Assembly: GCF_006345805.1 (NCBI RefSeq)
Contig: NC_043001.1
Location: 53,258,001 to 53,322,000, forward strand
Direction: 5' to 3'
Source of the DNA: Octopus sinensis
Lineage: Eukaryota
Length of the DNA stretch: 64,000 nt
The notes beneath the pieces are model-generated. The model was not told the DNA's origin and searched no databases. It saw only the letters and a program-made list of their open reading frames with translations. Shown here one piece after another: positions 62,284 through 64,000 of the stretch; position 1 is the stretch's first letter; the number at the start of each line of letters is the position of its first letter. The position numbers and the translations under genes are program-made.

Positions 62284-64000
62284 TTGTAGGGAGTTGTGGT
62301 ATGTTATGTCTCTCTTATTGTTCACATGTAATTGTTTATGTAACTGCCATAGGATCAATAATGCAACCAATAAACTAACACAAACGCTATCTGTGAATTA
62401 GAGAATCTAGGGTTTGTCGGGGAAAATTCTTGAAGACGGGTTGTTATTATTGCTCTACATTATAATTATATATATTTTTTATATACAGAGAGGAAGAAAT
62501 TCGAGTATGAACACGTTTTCAGCTCTATAATAATTATAATCATGTATATTTGTGCAGGATTCTAATGCCTGCTCTGCATAACGGACTATCAACTTAGAAG
62601 TTGATGGTCTGTTAGAGGTATTTTCTGAATAATGATTTCTAAATATGAACGTATAACTATAAATTATCTTCCGATATACACACTGTTTAACTTCTCATCC
62701 TCTTCTCTATAACAGCAGGTCATCCTTGCAACCCAAGGCCGTCATGTTCCTGAGGCAAAAGTTTGCTGGTCAAAATCGTTTTATATACGATAAGAGCGTC
62801 CACAAGGACAGAGTCAAGAACAGGTGTATGTGTGACATAATACGATATTCCTCATGATGGAATTCACAATTTTGCGAAATGGTTGTTTCATACACACCAA
62901 AAGTTTCAAAACTTAGACGATTAATTTTATAGATTTATAAGATCAATTTAGTAATTTCGAAAGCACGCAGTAAACTTGAACACAACGCGATTAAGTAGAA
63001 GCATGAGCGCAAAATGAAATGTAGAAGGCATGTTACACAAAGAGAACTTACGTACATGGGGTAGAATAGTATCGAAATTGATAATTCGCAAGAATTAAGT
63101 TATGCATGTTGAAATAAATAATACAATTGTAAAGCATAGAGACAATTTAATGCTATTTGTCCAGTTCTATAGAAATGCACGCTAGAAGGCTTAGGAAATT
63201 ACCATAAAACCTTCCAGCGCAATCTATATATTTGAACAATCAATATTTCAATTCGATTTCTGAATCCTCAAGCAGTAACTTGCATTTCGCAAAAGGCACA
63301 TGAAGATTTAAATAGAACTGCATATAAAGGTGTACTGGGGTCAATAACATGGACCATAAAATATCGCATGGCCATATTAATATAACACTTTACGCTTAAA
63401 TATTAGCTCTTTGAAAAATTAGTTGGTCCTAATCGTTTCCTGCAAGAAAGAAATGAAGGTGTAAATATAAAAACCGGGTTTATAAATAATATTAGTCGCC
63501 AATTTATCAAACAACAGAAATAAAAACAAACAGAAACAAAAAAATGATAAAGTAATAAACAAACAAATCAGCAAAATGATGAAGACATAGATAAGTTTTG
63601 AAGTGACACTCTGAACGAAATTAATCAGCCAAGCAAAATATTGGCCAAATAACAATATATCGCCTGAAACACAAATGAAAACATTATTGATATAAATAAA
63701 TACATCTTTTCCTTGAAACGGAAACCTATCAATCAAAGTCGTCGTAAAAAACATACGTACAAACATGAACAACTTTTACGGCAGGAAGAATTTCGAGTAT
63801 GAACGCATTGTTCGACTTTATAATAGTAGGAATTCAGTAAATAATAAGAAAATTGTAATAAACCATAAAATAATCAGCGAAAAACCACATAGAATATTTC
63901 TCTCAGTAATTAACCGCATATTTAGGAAGATCATACGTAAAGAATAAAAATATAATCAGACAAAACAGTTGATATATAATCTGATGTTTTCTCTCCTAGC

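Noticed and set aside
62491-63835. Short diverged repeat GGAAGAA.TTCGAGTATGAAC at about 62491 and 63783
   Set aside because: Only about 50 bp, with no termini or ORF; probably remnants of one old repeat family.

Overview
AT-rich, microsatellite-dense eukaryotic DNA that is almost entirely repeat-derived. The SINE, Penelope, RTE and Helitron families and the (TA)/(TG)/(GA)/(ATT) density look like a coleoid cephalopod, probably Octopus (inference). I found no complete host gene, and most ORF-track entries are translations of microsatellites. Supportable features are decayed retroelements (RTE LINEs, two R4/Dong-type RLE LINE families, several Penelope-like elements), DNA transposons (mariner, Tigger, hAT, piggyBac and Tc1 MITEs), Helitrons, tRNA-derived SINEs and a 5S rRNA-derived copy. 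The most notable signals are: (1) a series of type I hammerhead-ribozyme motifs, including a near-intact one at 57481-57554 and one inside a tRNA-promoter (Pol III-like) unit at 39976-40258; (2) a perfect 204-bp inverted templated duplication; (3) a near-identical tandem duplication of a Dong fragment between (TTA)n tracts; (4) an unexplained GC/CpG-rich island at about 50.2-51.6 kb plus a few candidate isolated exons. All alignments and folds were done by eye, so coordinates are approximate unless termini are quoted.
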